From contig JBMORA010000063.1 in NCBI GenBank assembly GCA_049320885.1, forward strand, positions 64,001-128,000: DNA of 64,000 nt, in the 5' to 3' direction. A program made the translations under genes and the position numbers. This DNA is from Thermodesulfobacteriota bacterium (GTDB lineage: Bacteria > Desulfobacterota > Desulfobacteria > Desulfobacterales > SURF-7). Position 1 is the stretch's first letter, and every line of letters starts with the position of its first letter. Below are positions 1 through 9,194 of the stretch, piece after piece. Under the pieces are notes generated by a model that had not been told where the DNA came from, ran no database searches, and saw nothing but the letters and a program-made list of their open reading frames with translations.

Positions 1-841
1 GGCCGTCACGGTGGCGACTCAGGATGCCTGGCTGAAAAAGCATTTTTCCGCTTTTTCCACCTATGAGATGTCGGCCTTTCCCCTGGTTTTCAGTTTTCCG
101 ATGTTTTTTACGGCCCTGGCCTTTGTTGCCGCGCCGCCCCTGGACGCCGCGTTCTGGTGGAGCTTTCTGGCGGGCCTGCCGATCAACGCCTTGGGTTTCG
201 TGTTGCACATCAAGGCCATCCAGGTTTCGCCCCTGTCCCTGACCCTGCCGTATCTGTCCTTCACCCCGACCTTCATGATCGTCACCGGCCTGGTTTTCCT
301 GGGGGAAATGCCCGATGCCTGGGGAATCGCCGGGATTCTGACGACCTGCGCCGGCAGTTACGTGCTCAACCTGGACACGGAGCGCTGGTCGCCGCTTGCG
401 CCGCTGCGGGCGGTTTTCAGGGAAACCGGCTCCTGGATCATGCTGATCGTGGCTTTCCTCTATAGCTTCTCATCCGTGCTGGGCAAACTGGCGATCCTGC
501 ACTCGTCGCCCATGTTCTTTGCGTTTCTGTTTTTCTGCGTCACGGATCTGCTGGTAGTTGGTGCGTTTTTCCTGCTCGGCCGGATCCGGCCCGTTGTCTT
601 CGCCCGGCACTGGCGCAAGGGGCTGATCGCCGGAGCCGTTTATTTCCTGCATATCCTCTTTCACAACTGCGCCATCGCCCTCACCAAGGCCGCCTACATG
701 ATCGCCGTGAAACGGACGAGCGTCTTTTTCGGGGTCGTCTTCGGCGGTCTGCTGTTTCAGGAAACCCGCCTGCGCATGCGCCTCTCCGGCACGCTCCTCA
801 TGTTCGGCGGCTCCCTGCTGATCCTGCTGAAGGCGCGCTAA
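1..841 (+). CDS. EamA/DMT-family transporter (5' end probably outside the window)
   Basis: Hydrophobic two-repeat protein with DMT-like segments (AIQVSPLSLTLPYLSFTP...FLGE; AYMIAVKRTSVFFGVVFGGLLFQE). The frame is open from position 2. Confidence 0.85.
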   Translation, partial: AVTVATQDAWLKKHFSAFSTYEMSAFPLVFSFPMFFTALAFVAAPPLDAAFWWSFLAGLPINALGFVLHIKAIQVSPLSLTLPYLSFTPTFMIVTGLVFLGEMPDAWGIAGILTTCAGSYVLNLDTERWSPLAPLRAVFRETGSWIMLIVAFLYSFSSVLGKLAILHSSPMFFAFLFFCVTDLLVVGAFFLLGRIRPVVFARHWRKGLIAGAVYFLHILFHNCAIALTKAAYMIAVKRTSVFFGVVFGGLLFQETRLRMRLSGTLLMFGGSLLILLKAR

Positions 842-947
842 CCTCTTCAGGCCGTCTTACCGGTTTCAGGCCGCGTTTCCTTCGTCTCCTTCTCGATGAC
901 GATCGCCAATGCCTCCGGATTCGTCCATTCACCGGGAACCGGTGGGG

Positions 948-976
948 TTGACATTTTTCGGCCGGCAGCCTAATAT
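948..976 (+). promoter_or_regulatory. Sigma70 promoter of TA operon 1
   Basis: TTGACA (948-953), 17-bp spacer, TAATAT (971-976); GGAGG RBS at 1012-1016. Confidence 0.8.
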
Positions 977-977
977 G

Positions 978-1000
978 GACTAAGTCACAATGACTAAGTT
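978..1000 (+). promoter_or_regulatory. Putative TA autoregulatory operator
   Basis: GACTAAGTC (978-986, palindromic GACT-n-AGTC) and GACTAAGTT (992-1000) lie just downstream of the -10 box. Confidence 0.65.
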
Positions 1001-1021
1001 ATTTGACATCCGGAGGTTGTT

Positions 1022-1243
1022 ATGATCGTGAACATACATGAAGCCAAAACCCATTTTTCAAAATTGGTGGCCAAATTCCAGCAGGGCGAGAAGATCGTTA
1101 TTGCCAAAAACGGCAAACCCGTTCTTCAGTTTGCGCCGGTGGAGGAACAGAAAAAACAATCGCGATCCCTGGGCTTTTTCAATTGCCGTATTGATATGGC
1201 CGCATTCGATGACCCCTTGGAGGGGCTTGAGGAATACGAATGA
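1022..1243 (+). CDS. Phd/YefM-family antitoxin
   Basis: 73 aa; VNIHEAKTHFSKLV...IVIAKNGKPV signature; ATGA overlap with the downstream PIN gene. Confidence 0.9.
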   Translation: MIVNIHEAKTHFSKLVAKFQQGEKIVIAKNGKPVLQFAPVEEQKKQSRSLGFFNCRIDMAAFDDPLEGLEEYE

Positions 1244-1638
1244 ATTATCTGATCGACACCCATGCCCTGATATTCTTTGGCTGCGGCGATGAGCATCAAA
1301 TCGGCAAAAAAGCGTTACAAATTTTCAAAAACCCGAAATCGAAGCTTTTTGTCTGTCAAATATCCTACTGGGAGATGGCGATCAAAATCAATGTGGGAAA
1401 GCTAACCATTCCCATAGGGTTGAAAAATCTCATGCTGCTGACCCGGGATGCCGGAATCGAACTGGTGCCGGTAGCCAACCAGCACATCCTCCATTATCAA
1501 TCGCTTCCGGTGATGGAATCCCACAAGGATCCCTTTGATCGATATCTCATTGCAGCCGCCTTGAGCGAAAAAATGAAAATCCTTTCCAGGGACCGAATTT
1601 TTGACGGTTATCCCGGAGTCGTCCGGATCTGGGAATGA
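1240..1638 (+). CDS. vapC: VapC-family PIN-domain toxin
   Basis: YLIDTH, SYWEMAIK, HKDPFDR and LSRD acidic PIN motifs. Confidence 0.9.
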   Translation: MNYLIDTHALIFFGCGDEHQIGKKALQIFKNPKSKLFVCQISYWEMAIKINVGKLTIPIGLKNLMLLTRDAGIELVPVANQHILHYQSLPVMESHKDPFDRYLIAAALSEKMKILSRDRIFDGYPGVVRIWE

Positions 1639-1785
1639 CGGGAGCCGTCGTTTCAATCGGTCTTTCCAAAATATGGTTGCCATCAAACCGGATTTTGGAG
1701 TATTGGGTATCCAGCATCGTGTTTTTCCACACCCATACCCCAAACCTCTGACCACAGCTGTTGGACGCTGCAGAAAGGAGCCGGC

Positions 1786-1977
1786 ATGAAAGCGATCGTC
1801 ACCAAACAATGCATGGGAGACCGGAATTGCAACAATCTTTGCCCCGACGTGTTCGAATACGACGAGGACGAACTCAAATCCATTGTAAAATTTGACGTGA
1901 TTCCGGAAAAATACGAGGAACTCGTCCGCCGGGCGGCCAGGGAATGCGGCGCCGAGGCCATCGAAATCGTGGAGTAA
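1786..1977 (+). CDS. Monocluster ferredoxin (CxxDxxC type)
   Basis: 63 aa, acidic; C9-x2-D12-x2-C15-x3-C19P...C54; AAGGAG RBS. Confidence 0.88.
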   Translation: MKAIVTKQCMGDRNCNNLCPDVFEYDEDELKSIVKFDVIPEKYEELVRRAARECGAEAIEIVE

Positions 1978-2006
1978 ACAACCGCCCGACGAAGGGGAGG
2001 TTCGCT

Positions 2007-2582
2007 TTGGGAAAATTCAAGGAAAGCCGGACCGCACACAACCTGTTGACATCATTCGCCTTTGAATCCCAGGCCAACATGCGCTACCGCTTTTTCGCCG
2101 GCCAGGCGGAAACGGACGGGTACATGCAGATCGCCCATATCTTCCGGGAAACCGCCGAGCAGGAATATGAGCATGCCCTGCGGTTTTTTAAATTTTTCAA
2201 CGGCGGCGAACTGGAGATCTCCGCCCGTTTCCCCACCGGCGTAATCCGGGGGACCCGGGACAATCTTCTGTCCTCCGCGGATCTGGAACGCCGGGTGGGC
2301 ACGGAACTGTATCCGGAATTCGCTGCCGTGGCGCGGGAGGAGCACTTCGAGCGGGCCGCGGAATTATGGGACGCCATCACCATCGCGGAACGGCATCATG
2401 AAAAAAGCTTCCTGCAACTGGCCGACAATCTCCTCACCGGCCGGATCTTCCAGCGGGAGCAGGCCGTGGTCTGGCGCTGCCGAAACTGTGGATTTCTGCA
2501 CCGCGGCCCGCAAGCCCCGGATAAATGCCCCGCCTGTGTCAGACCGGCGGGCTATTTCGAGCTGCTGGCGGAAAACTGGTGA
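2007..2582 (+). CDS. rbr: Rubrerythrin (TTG start, 191 aa)
   Basis: GGGGAGG RBS before TTG at 2007. Diiron ligands E20, E53, H56, E94, E128, H131; C-terminal rubredoxin-type CxxC...CxxC. Confidence 0.9.
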   Translation: MGKFKESRTAHNLLTSFAFESQANMRYRFFAGQAETDGYMQIAHIFRETAEQEYEHALRFFKFFNGGELEISARFPTGVIRGTRDNLLSSADLERRVGTELYPEFAAVAREEHFERAAELWDAITIAERHHEKSFLQLADNLLTGRIFQREQAVVWRCRNCGFLHRGPQAPDKCPACVRPAGYFELLAENW

Positions 2583-2597
2583 CCAGCGGAAGCGGCG

Positions 2598-4502
2598 ATG
2601 AATCCATTCTTCAACACGTCTCAAGCGCCCGGGGCCGACGTCATGGACTGGCGGCGGATTTTTCAGGCCGTCGGCCACGCCATGCTGATCCTGGATCCCC
2701 AATTCCGGATCCTCGCGGCCAATCAGGCCGCCGTCGACTCCCTGGGATACCCCGAGACGGACTTGCACCTCCGGAAATGCCATACGGTGTTTCACGGTTT
2801 GGAATCGCCGCCGGCAAACTGCCCCATGGTTTCCCTGCTGAAAACCGGAAAATTCGAAACCGCGCAAATGGAAGTCGAGGCCCTGGACGGCGTTTACCTG
2901 GTTTCCTGCACCCCTGTCCTGGATCAACGGGGAGCCGTGTCCGAAATCGTCCATACCGCCACGGACATCAGCGGCCGTAAGGCCGCCGAGGCAGCGCTTG
3001 CCGAGCGGGAAAAATTGTACCGGTCCTATTTCGAGGATGCCCTTTCGGGGGATTACATCTCGACGCCGGAAGGCACCCTCATCGACTGCAATCCGGCATT
3101 TGTGGAAATGTTCGGTTTTCCCTCCCGGGAGGCCGCCATGACCACGGACATGCGCCGGATTTATGATTCCCCGGTGGATCGCACCGCCTTTATCGACCAG
3201 CTGACAAAAGAAAAAAAACTGGTGCGCAAGGAATTGTCCATGAAACGCCTGAACGGCGAACGCATCCACGTGCTGGAAAACGTCGTCGGGACGTTCGACG
3301 AAAAGGGCGAACTCCTGCGCTTCAAGGGCTATCTCATCGACATCTCCGACCAGAAGAAACTGGAGGCCCAGCTCCGGCAGGCGGCCAAAATGGAGGCTAT
3401 CGGCACCTTGGCCGGTGGGATAGCTCATGATTTCAACAATATGCTGATGGCGATCCAGGGCAATGCCTCCCTGGCCCTGGCGGACAGCGACCGGTCGTCC
3501 GAAGTCCACGCCAGGATCGAGAACATCATCCAGTGCGTGAGGGACGCCAGTCAGTTGACCATGAAACTGCTGGGCTTTGCCCGGGGCGGCAAATACGATG
3601 TGACGGCCACGGACATGAACCAGCTGATTCTCAAAACCTATGAAACCTTCGGCCGCACCAAGAAAGACATCCGCTTTTTCCGGCAGCTGGAAAACCCGAT
3701 CTGGACCGTGGAGGTGGACCGGGTTCAGATCGAACAGGTCCTGCTGAACCTGTATGTCAACGCGTGGCAGGCCATGCCCGGCGGCGGCAGCCTGTACATC
3801 CACAGCCAGAACATGGTTCTCCAGGAAGACCTCACCGCGCCGTACAACGCCGAACCGGGACGATACGTGAAAGTATCCGTGACCGACACCGGCGTCGGCA
3901 TGGAGCCCGCGGTGCTGGAGCGGGTTTTCGAGCCGTTCTTCACCACCAAGGAGATCGGCCGGGGCACAGGTCTGGGCCTTGCCTCGGCCTACGGCATCGT
4001 TCAGAACCACAAGGGCTTCATCATGGTGAAAAGTGAGCTGGGCGTGGGCTCCACCTTCACGATTTTCCTGCCGGCCTCGAAAAAAAAAGCGGCGCCGGCC
4101 GCCTCCGCCGATCACCATCCCCATGCAAGGGGCAGCGAAACCATCCTGCTGGTGGATGACGAGGCCGTCAACATCGATGTGACCCGCCGGATCCTGGAAA
4201 AACTGGGCTATCACCCCCTGTGGGCCGATAACGGCTTCGCGGCCCTGGACATCTACCGGCAAAACAAAGCCGGCATCGATCTGGTGATCCTCGACCTGAT
4301 CATGCCGGACATGAGCGGCGCCGAAACCTACGACCGCCTGAAAGAGATCAATCCGCGGGTGAAGGTGCTGCTCTCCAGCGGGTACAGCATTGACGGAACC
4401 GCGGCCGCGATGCTGTCCCAAGGCTGCAAGGGTTTCATCCAGAAACCCTTTACCGTTGAAAAACTCTCCCAAAAAATCCGTCGGATTCTCGATACCGGAT
4501 AG
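2598..4502 (+). CDS. Cytoplasmic PAS-PAS hybrid sensor kinase (HisKA-HATPase-REC)
   Basis: GIAHDFNN H-box, NLYVNA N-box, DTGVG, FEPFFTTK, GTGLGL; C-terminal receiver (LVDD, LDLIMP, QKPF). Confidence 0.92.
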   Translation: MNPFFNTSQAPGADVMDWRRIFQAVGHAMLILDPQFRILAANQAAVDSLGYPETDLHLRKCHTVFHGLESPPANCPMVSLLKTGKFETAQMEVEALDGVYLVSCTPVLDQRGAVSEIVHTATDISGRKAAEAALAEREKLYRSYFEDALSGDYISTPEGTLIDCNPAFVEMFGFPSREAAMTTDMRRIYDSPVDRTAFIDQLTKEKKLVRKELSMKRLNGERIHVLENVVGTFDEKGELLRFKGYLIDISDQKKLEAQLRQAAKMEAIGTLAGGIAHDFNNMLMAIQGNASLALADSDRSSEVHARIENIIQCVRDASQLTMKLLGFARGGKYDVTATDMNQLILKTYETFGRTKKDIRFFRQLENPIWTVEVDRVQIEQVLLNLYVNAWQAMPGGGSLYIHSQNMVLQEDLTAPYNAEPGRYVKVSVTDTGVGMEPAVLERVFEPFFTTKEIGRGTGLGLASAYGIVQNHKGFIMVKSELGVGSTFTIFLPASKKKAAPAASADHHPHARGSETILLVDDEAVNIDVTRRILEKLGYHPLWADNGFAALDIYRQNKAGIDLVILDLIMPDMSGAETYDRLKEINPRVKVLLSSGYSIDGTAAAMLSQGCKGFIQKPFTVEKLSQKIRRILDTG

Positions 4503-4518
4503 AGATTGCCAGGATGTC

Positions 4519-7500
4519 ATGGAAATCGCAGCCCCTCTCTCCCTGTTTCATCCGCTGGTGGCGGAATGGTTCGGCGGCGCCATGGGATCGCCCAGCGACA
4601 TCCAGGCCAGAGCCTGGCCGGAAATCGCCGCCGGCAAGCATGTGCTGGCCACGGCGCCCACCGGCAGCGGCAAAACCCTGACCGCTTTCTTGTGGGCCAT
4701 CAACCAGCTCGTCACCCGAAACTGGCCCGCCGGGCGGATCCGGGTATTGTATATCTCGCCCCTGAAAGCCCTGAACAACGATGTCCGCGAAAACCTCACC
4801 CGGCCCCTGGCCCAATTGCACCGCCATTTTCATGCGGCCGGCCAACCCCTGCCGGTCATCCGGGTCCAGACCCGCAGCGGCGATACGCCCCGGGAAGAAC
4901 GCCGCAACATGCTGCGGCATCCGCCGGAAATTCTCATCACCACGCCGGAAAGCCTGAACCTGCTCATCAGTTCCGGGACTGGACGCCGCCTGTTCACCGG
5001 TCTCAAATGCGTCATCCTGGATGAAATCCATGCCGTGGTCGCCGCCAAGCGGGGGGTTCACCTGATGACCGCCGTGGAACGCCTGGTGCTGCTTTCCGGC
5101 GAGTTTCAGCGCATCGCCCTTTCCGCCACCGTGCGCCCGCCGGCCGCGGTCGCCCGGTTCATCGGCGGCTTTCGTCTGGAAGGCGAAGCGGCCGATCCGC
5201 TCTATGTAGCCAGACCGGTTACCATCCTGCAATCCGAAGACCGCAAACGCCTGGAACTGTCCGTGCGGTTTCCCGAACCACCGGCCCTGGAACCGGAGGA
5301 CCGGTCCGTCTGGCCGGCGCTCACGGAACAGTTCCGGCGCCTCATCCGCCGGAACCGTTCCACCCTGTTCTTCACCAACAGCCGGCGGCTGGCGGAAAAA
5401 ATCGCCCGTCTGATCAATGAAACCGAGCCGGAACCCCTGGCCTATTCCCACCACGGCTCGCTTTCCCGGGAAATCCGTCTCGCCGTGGAGCAGAAGATGA
5501 AAAACGGCGACTTGCGCGCCATCGTCGCCACCAGTTCGCTGGAACTCGGCATCGACATCGGCTCCCTGGACGAAGTGGCCCTGATCCAGACCCCCGTTTC
5601 CGTTTCCTCCGCGGTCCAGCGCATCGGCCGTTCCGGACATCGGGTGAACGCGGCCAGCCGGGGCATCCTGTTCCCCACCCACGGAATGGATTTTCTGCGT
5701 GCCGCCGTCATGGCCCGCGCTGTCGCGGATTTGGAAATCGAATCCGTATCACCGCCGGAAGCCCCCCTGGATGTACTGGCCCAGGTGGTCCTTGCCATGT
5801 GCGCCATGGAAACCTGGGATATCGACGCCCTGTTCGCCTTTATCCGGACCTGTGCCCCTTATCACCGGCTTTCCCGCCGCGCCTTCGATCTGGTCCTGGA
5901 GATGCTGGCCGGCCGGTATGCCGACACCCGCATCCGTGAGTTGAGACCCCGGATCTTCCTCGACCGGGTGGACAACACGGCGGCAGCCGGTCGCGGCAGC
6001 CTCGGCCTGGTGTATCTGGCCGGCGGCACCATTCCGGACCGGGGGCATTTCGGTCTGCGGCTTGGCCGGGAAAAAAGCAAAATCGGCGAACTGGATGAAG
6101 AATTCGTCTGGGAACGACGGCCGGGCGACACCTTTGCCCTGGGAACCCAGACCTGGCGCATCCTGCGCATCACCGAAAACGAGGTGGAAGTCGAGCCCGC
6201 GGAAAGCCGTCCCGGCATCATCCCCTTCTGGCGGGCCGAGGACCGCAACCGGGATTTTCATTTTTCGGAAAAAATCGGCCGTTTTCTGGAAGACATCGAG
6301 GAAGGGGATGCGCTGGCGGACGAAACATTGGAACAGCGGCTGAAGGACAAGTACTTCATGACTCCGCCGGCGGCCGCCGGACTGGTCGCTTTTCTCAAAG
6401 CCCAGCGGGAAGCCACCCGCGCGCCCCTGCCCCACCGTCATCACCTCCTCGTGGAGCATTTCGCCGATCCCCTGAACCGCGCCGACAAAAAGCAGGTGAT
6501 TCTGCATACCCTGTGGGGCGGCCGCATCAACCGGCCTTTTGCCGCCGCGCTTTCAGCGGCCTGGGAGCGGCGCAACGGCGGCCGCCTGGAAGTCTTCGCC
6601 AACGATGACGCCATCCTGGTCATGCTGCCCCATGAGTTCGACCTCCGCGCCCTGATGCGGGACCTGCACAGCGGCAACCTGGAAAGCCTGCTGCGGGAAA
6701 ACCTGGAATCCAGCGGGCTGTTCGGATCATGCTTCCGGGAAAACGCCGGACGGGCGCTGCTCCTGCCCAAAACCTCCTTTCACAAACGCATGCCCCTGTG
6801 GCTCAACCGCCTGCGGGCCAAAAAACTGCTGGACGCGGTGATGAAAACCGGCGATTTCCCCCTGCTGCTGGAAACCTGGCGGACCTGTCTCCAGGACGTA
6901 TTCGACCTGCCCGGCCTGAAAATGCTGTTGGACGAACTCACCGAAGGCCGCATCGCCTTGGGCGAAACCGTCACCACCGCGGCCTCGCCTTTTGCCGCCG
7001 GTTTGATCTGGCAGCAGACCAACATGTATATGTATAAGGACGACGCGCCCGAATTTTCCCGGAAATCGTCCCTGGAGGATGATCTGATCCGGGAAGTCGC
7101 CACGGCCGCTTTCCTTCGCCCGCGCATTCCTTCCTCGCTGATCCAGGCCCTGGAACGAAAGCTGCAGCGCACCGCCCCCGGCTATTCACCGGCCAGCGCC
7201 GTGGAACTGCTGGACTGGGTCCGGGAACGGGGGCTGATTCCGGAAGACGAGTGGCTGGTGCTGCTGGCGGCCATGGAGCGGGATCATGGCCTCTCCTCCC
7301 CTGAGCTGATGGGCGGGATCGGCCATAAACTGATGCGGATGAAGGCTCCCGGCTCCAGCCTGTCCGTCATCGGCGCCCTGGAAAACCTGCCGCGGCTCCG
7401 GCGGATCCTCTCCGCCGCCCACCGGGAGCCGACGGTCGCCGCCCTGGCAACGGCGGCCGGGGAAAGCCGGGGATTTCTGCGGGAGAAGCCGGAGGCGCTC

Positions 7501-9018
7501 CCGGCCCGGGACGAAGCGGAAACCGCGGCCGGCAGCCCGGACCCCCGTCTCGAACTGGTCAGCCGGTGGCTTTCCTATCACGGCCCCATCCATCCGGAAC
7601 GTCTGACAGCCGTTTTCGGTCTGGAAACGGATCAACGGGAAGAGATCATCGCCTCATTTCTGGAAGAAGGCCGGATCATCCTGGATCACCTGCGGGAAGA
7701 TGGCCACCTTCCGGAAATCTGCGACCGACAGAACCTGGAGATCCTCCTGCGCCTGCTGCGCAAGGCGGCACGGCCCGGCTTCAGGGCCCTGCCGGTCCGG
7801 GATCTGCCCCTGTTCCTGGCCGCCTTCCAGGGCCTGACGGCGCCGGCGGATTCCATGGAGGGACTCCAGGACCGACTGGGGCAATTGTTCGGGTTCTGCG
7901 CCGCCGCGCCGGACTGGGAAAGCTGGATCCTGCCCGCCCGTCTGCGGCCCTACTATCCGGCCTGGCTGGACAGCCTGATGCAGTCCCACAATCTTTGCTG
8001 GTTCGGCGCCGGCAAGGCCAAAATCGGTTTTGCCTTCGAAGAGGACCTGGAACTGTTCCTGGAGCCCGAAAATGCGGAAACCAACCCGTCGCCGGGCACG
8101 GATTCGCCGCTGCTCCGCCTGATGCCCGAAGGCACGGGGCGTTGGGGTCTGCTGGAGGTGGCCCGACGCGCCGGTCTGCGAACGGACCAGGCGGCCGCGC
8201 AACTCTGGGAAATGGCCTGGAGCGGCCTTGTCGCCAGCGACGCTTTTTCCACCGTGCGCGGGGGCATTCTGACCCGCTTCACCCCCTCTCCCGCCGCCGA
8301 GGACGGTCCAGCGGGCGGGAGGAGAAGTTTCAACCGCTGGAAAGCCGCCCGGCCCCTGGCCGGCAACTGGTTCGTCCCCCCCCGGAACGATGCCGAAGCC
8401 ACCGATGACATCACCCGCCTGGAAATCCGCAAGGACCGGGTGCGCCAACTCCTGCAACGCCACGGCCTGCTGTTCCGGGAACTCCTGGTCCGCGAACTGC
8501 CTCTGCTGCAATGGCGGCAGGTGTTCAAAACCCTGCGCCTGATGGAACTCTCCGGCGAGGTGGCCTCCGGATATTTTTTCCAAGGCATTCCCGGCTTGCA
8601 GTTCGCGTCTCAAGAGGCGGTGAACCTGCTGCGACATCCCCTGCCGGCGGAAGCCGTCTATTGGATGAACGCCACGGACCCGGCCTCCCTCTGCGGCCTG
8701 GATCTTCCGGAGCTGAAAGCCCTGTTGCCGGCAAGGCAGGCGTCCACGTTCCTGGTGTTTCACGGCCGCGATCCGGTGATGATCTGCCGCCGCAACGGAG
8801 TGGACCTGGAAATCCGGGCACCCGGAGATTCCCCTCACCTGCAGCGGTATCTGGAGGTCTACAAGGCCCTGGTGAACCGCGAATTCAATCCCCGCCGCTT
8901 CATCCGGGTGGAGACCATCAATGATCTGCCGGCCCTGGACAGTCCCTACGGACCGGCCTTGAAATCCTTCGGCTTCACCAGCGACCACAAGGGATATGAA
9001 CTCCGCCGCCGGGTCTAG
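4519..9018 (+). CDS. lhr: Lhr-family SF2 ATP-dependent helicase, long form with C-terminal extension
   Basis: APTGSGKT, YISPLKALNND, TTPES, DEIH, LSAT, HHGSLS, SSLELGID, QRIGRSGH, GTIPDRG, GELDEEFV; C-terminal GYFFQGIPGLQFA and ATDPA. ATG at 4519. Confidence 0.9.
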   Translation: MEIAAPLSLFHPLVAEWFGGAMGSPSDIQARAWPEIAAGKHVLATAPTGSGKTLTAFLWAINQLVTRNWPAGRIRVLYISPLKALNNDVRENLTRPLAQLHRHFHAAGQPLPVIRVQTRSGDTPREERRNMLRHPPEILITTPESLNLLISSGTGRRLFTGLKCVILDEIHAVVAAKRGVHLMTAVERLVLLSGEFQRIALSATVRPPAAVARFIGGFRLEGEAADPLYVARPVTILQSEDRKRLELSVRFPEPPALEPEDRSVWPALTEQFRRLIRRNRSTLFFTNSRRLAEKIARLINETEPEPLAYSHHGSLSREIRLAVEQKMKNGDLRAIVATSSLELGIDIGSLDEVALIQTPVSVSSAVQRIGRSGHRVNAASRGILFPTHGMDFLRAAVMARAVADLEIESVSPPEAPLDVLAQVVLAMCAMETWDIDALFAFIRTCAPYHRLSRRAFDLVLEMLAGRYADTRIRELRPRIFLDRVDNTAAAGRGSLGLVYLAGGTIPDRGHFGLRLGREKSKIGELDEEFVWERRPGDTFALGTQTWRILRITENEVEVEPAESRPGIIPFWRAEDRNRDFHFSEKIGRFLEDIEEGDALADETLEQRLKDKYFMTPPAAAGLVAFLKAQREATRAPLPHRHHLLVEHFADPLNRADKKQVILHTLWGGRINRPFAAALSAAWERRNGGRLEVFANDDAILVMLPHEFDLRALMRDLHSGNLESLLRENLESSGLFGSCFRENAGRALLLPKTSFHKRMPLWLNRLRAKKLLDAVMKTGDFPLLLETWRTCLQDVFDLPGLKMLLDELTEGRIALGETVTTAASPFAAGLIWQQTNMYMYKDDAPEFSRKSSLEDDLIREVATAAFLRPRIPSSLIQALERKLQRTAPGYSPASAVELLDWVRERGLIPEDEWLVLLAAMERDHGLSSPELMGGIGHKLMRMKAPGSSLSVIGALENLPRLRRILSAAHREPTVAALATAAGESRGFLREKPEALPARDEAETAAGSPDPRLELVSRWLSYHGPIHPERLTAVFGLETDQREEIIASFLEEGRIILDHLREDGHLPEICDRQNLEILLRLLRKAARPGFRALPVRDLPLFLAAFQGLTAPADSMEGLQDRLGQLFGFCAAAPDWESWILPARLRPYYPAWLDSLMQSHNLCWFGAGKAKIGFAFEEDLELFLEPENAETNPSPGTDSPLLRLMPEGTGRWGLLEVARRAGLRTDQAAAQLWEMAWSGLVASDAFSTVRGGILTRFTPSPAAEDGPAGGRRSFNRWKAARPLAGNWFVPPRNDAEATDDITRLEIRKDRVRQLLQRHGLLFRELLVRELPLLQWRQVFKTLRLMELSGEVASGYFFQGIPGLQFASQEAVNLLRHPLPAEAVYWMNATDPASLCGLDLPELKALLPARQASTFLVFHGRDPVMICRRNGVDLEIRAPGDSPHLQRYLEVYKALVNREFNPRRFIRVETINDLPALDSPYGPALKSFGFTSDHKGYELRRRV

Positions 9019-9058
9019 ACATCCGGCATCAAATACCGCTGATGTCTTTCCGTATTTC

Positions 9059-9086
9059 CAGGCGGCAGATGGAATTCCTCCGCCTG
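9059..9086 (+). terminator. Stem-loop downstream of lhr (possible terminator)
   Basis: CAGGCGG (9059-9065) pairs with CCGCCTG (9080-9086); no clear U-tract. Confidence 0.35.
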
Positions 9087-9098
9087 CAAGAAACGGAT

Positions 9099-9127
9099 TT
9101 GACAACCGGTCTTGCCTTTCATATGAT
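9099..9127 (+). promoter_or_regulatory. Sigma70 promoter of the MMPL gene
   Basis: TTGACA (9099-9104), 17-bp spacer, TATGAT (9122-9127). Confidence 0.8.
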
Positions 9128-9194
9128 GCGGACGCATTGTCATTACGGAAATTCCAACTCACTAGTGCTCGACAAGAAAATAAGGACGGGAAAC

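Noticed and set aside
4390..4518. Upstream extensions in the ORF track (also 1944, 9042, 32640, 36767, 48638, 50756)
   Set aside because: They overlap neighbouring genes or promoters; the downstream starts have RBSs or match family N-termini.
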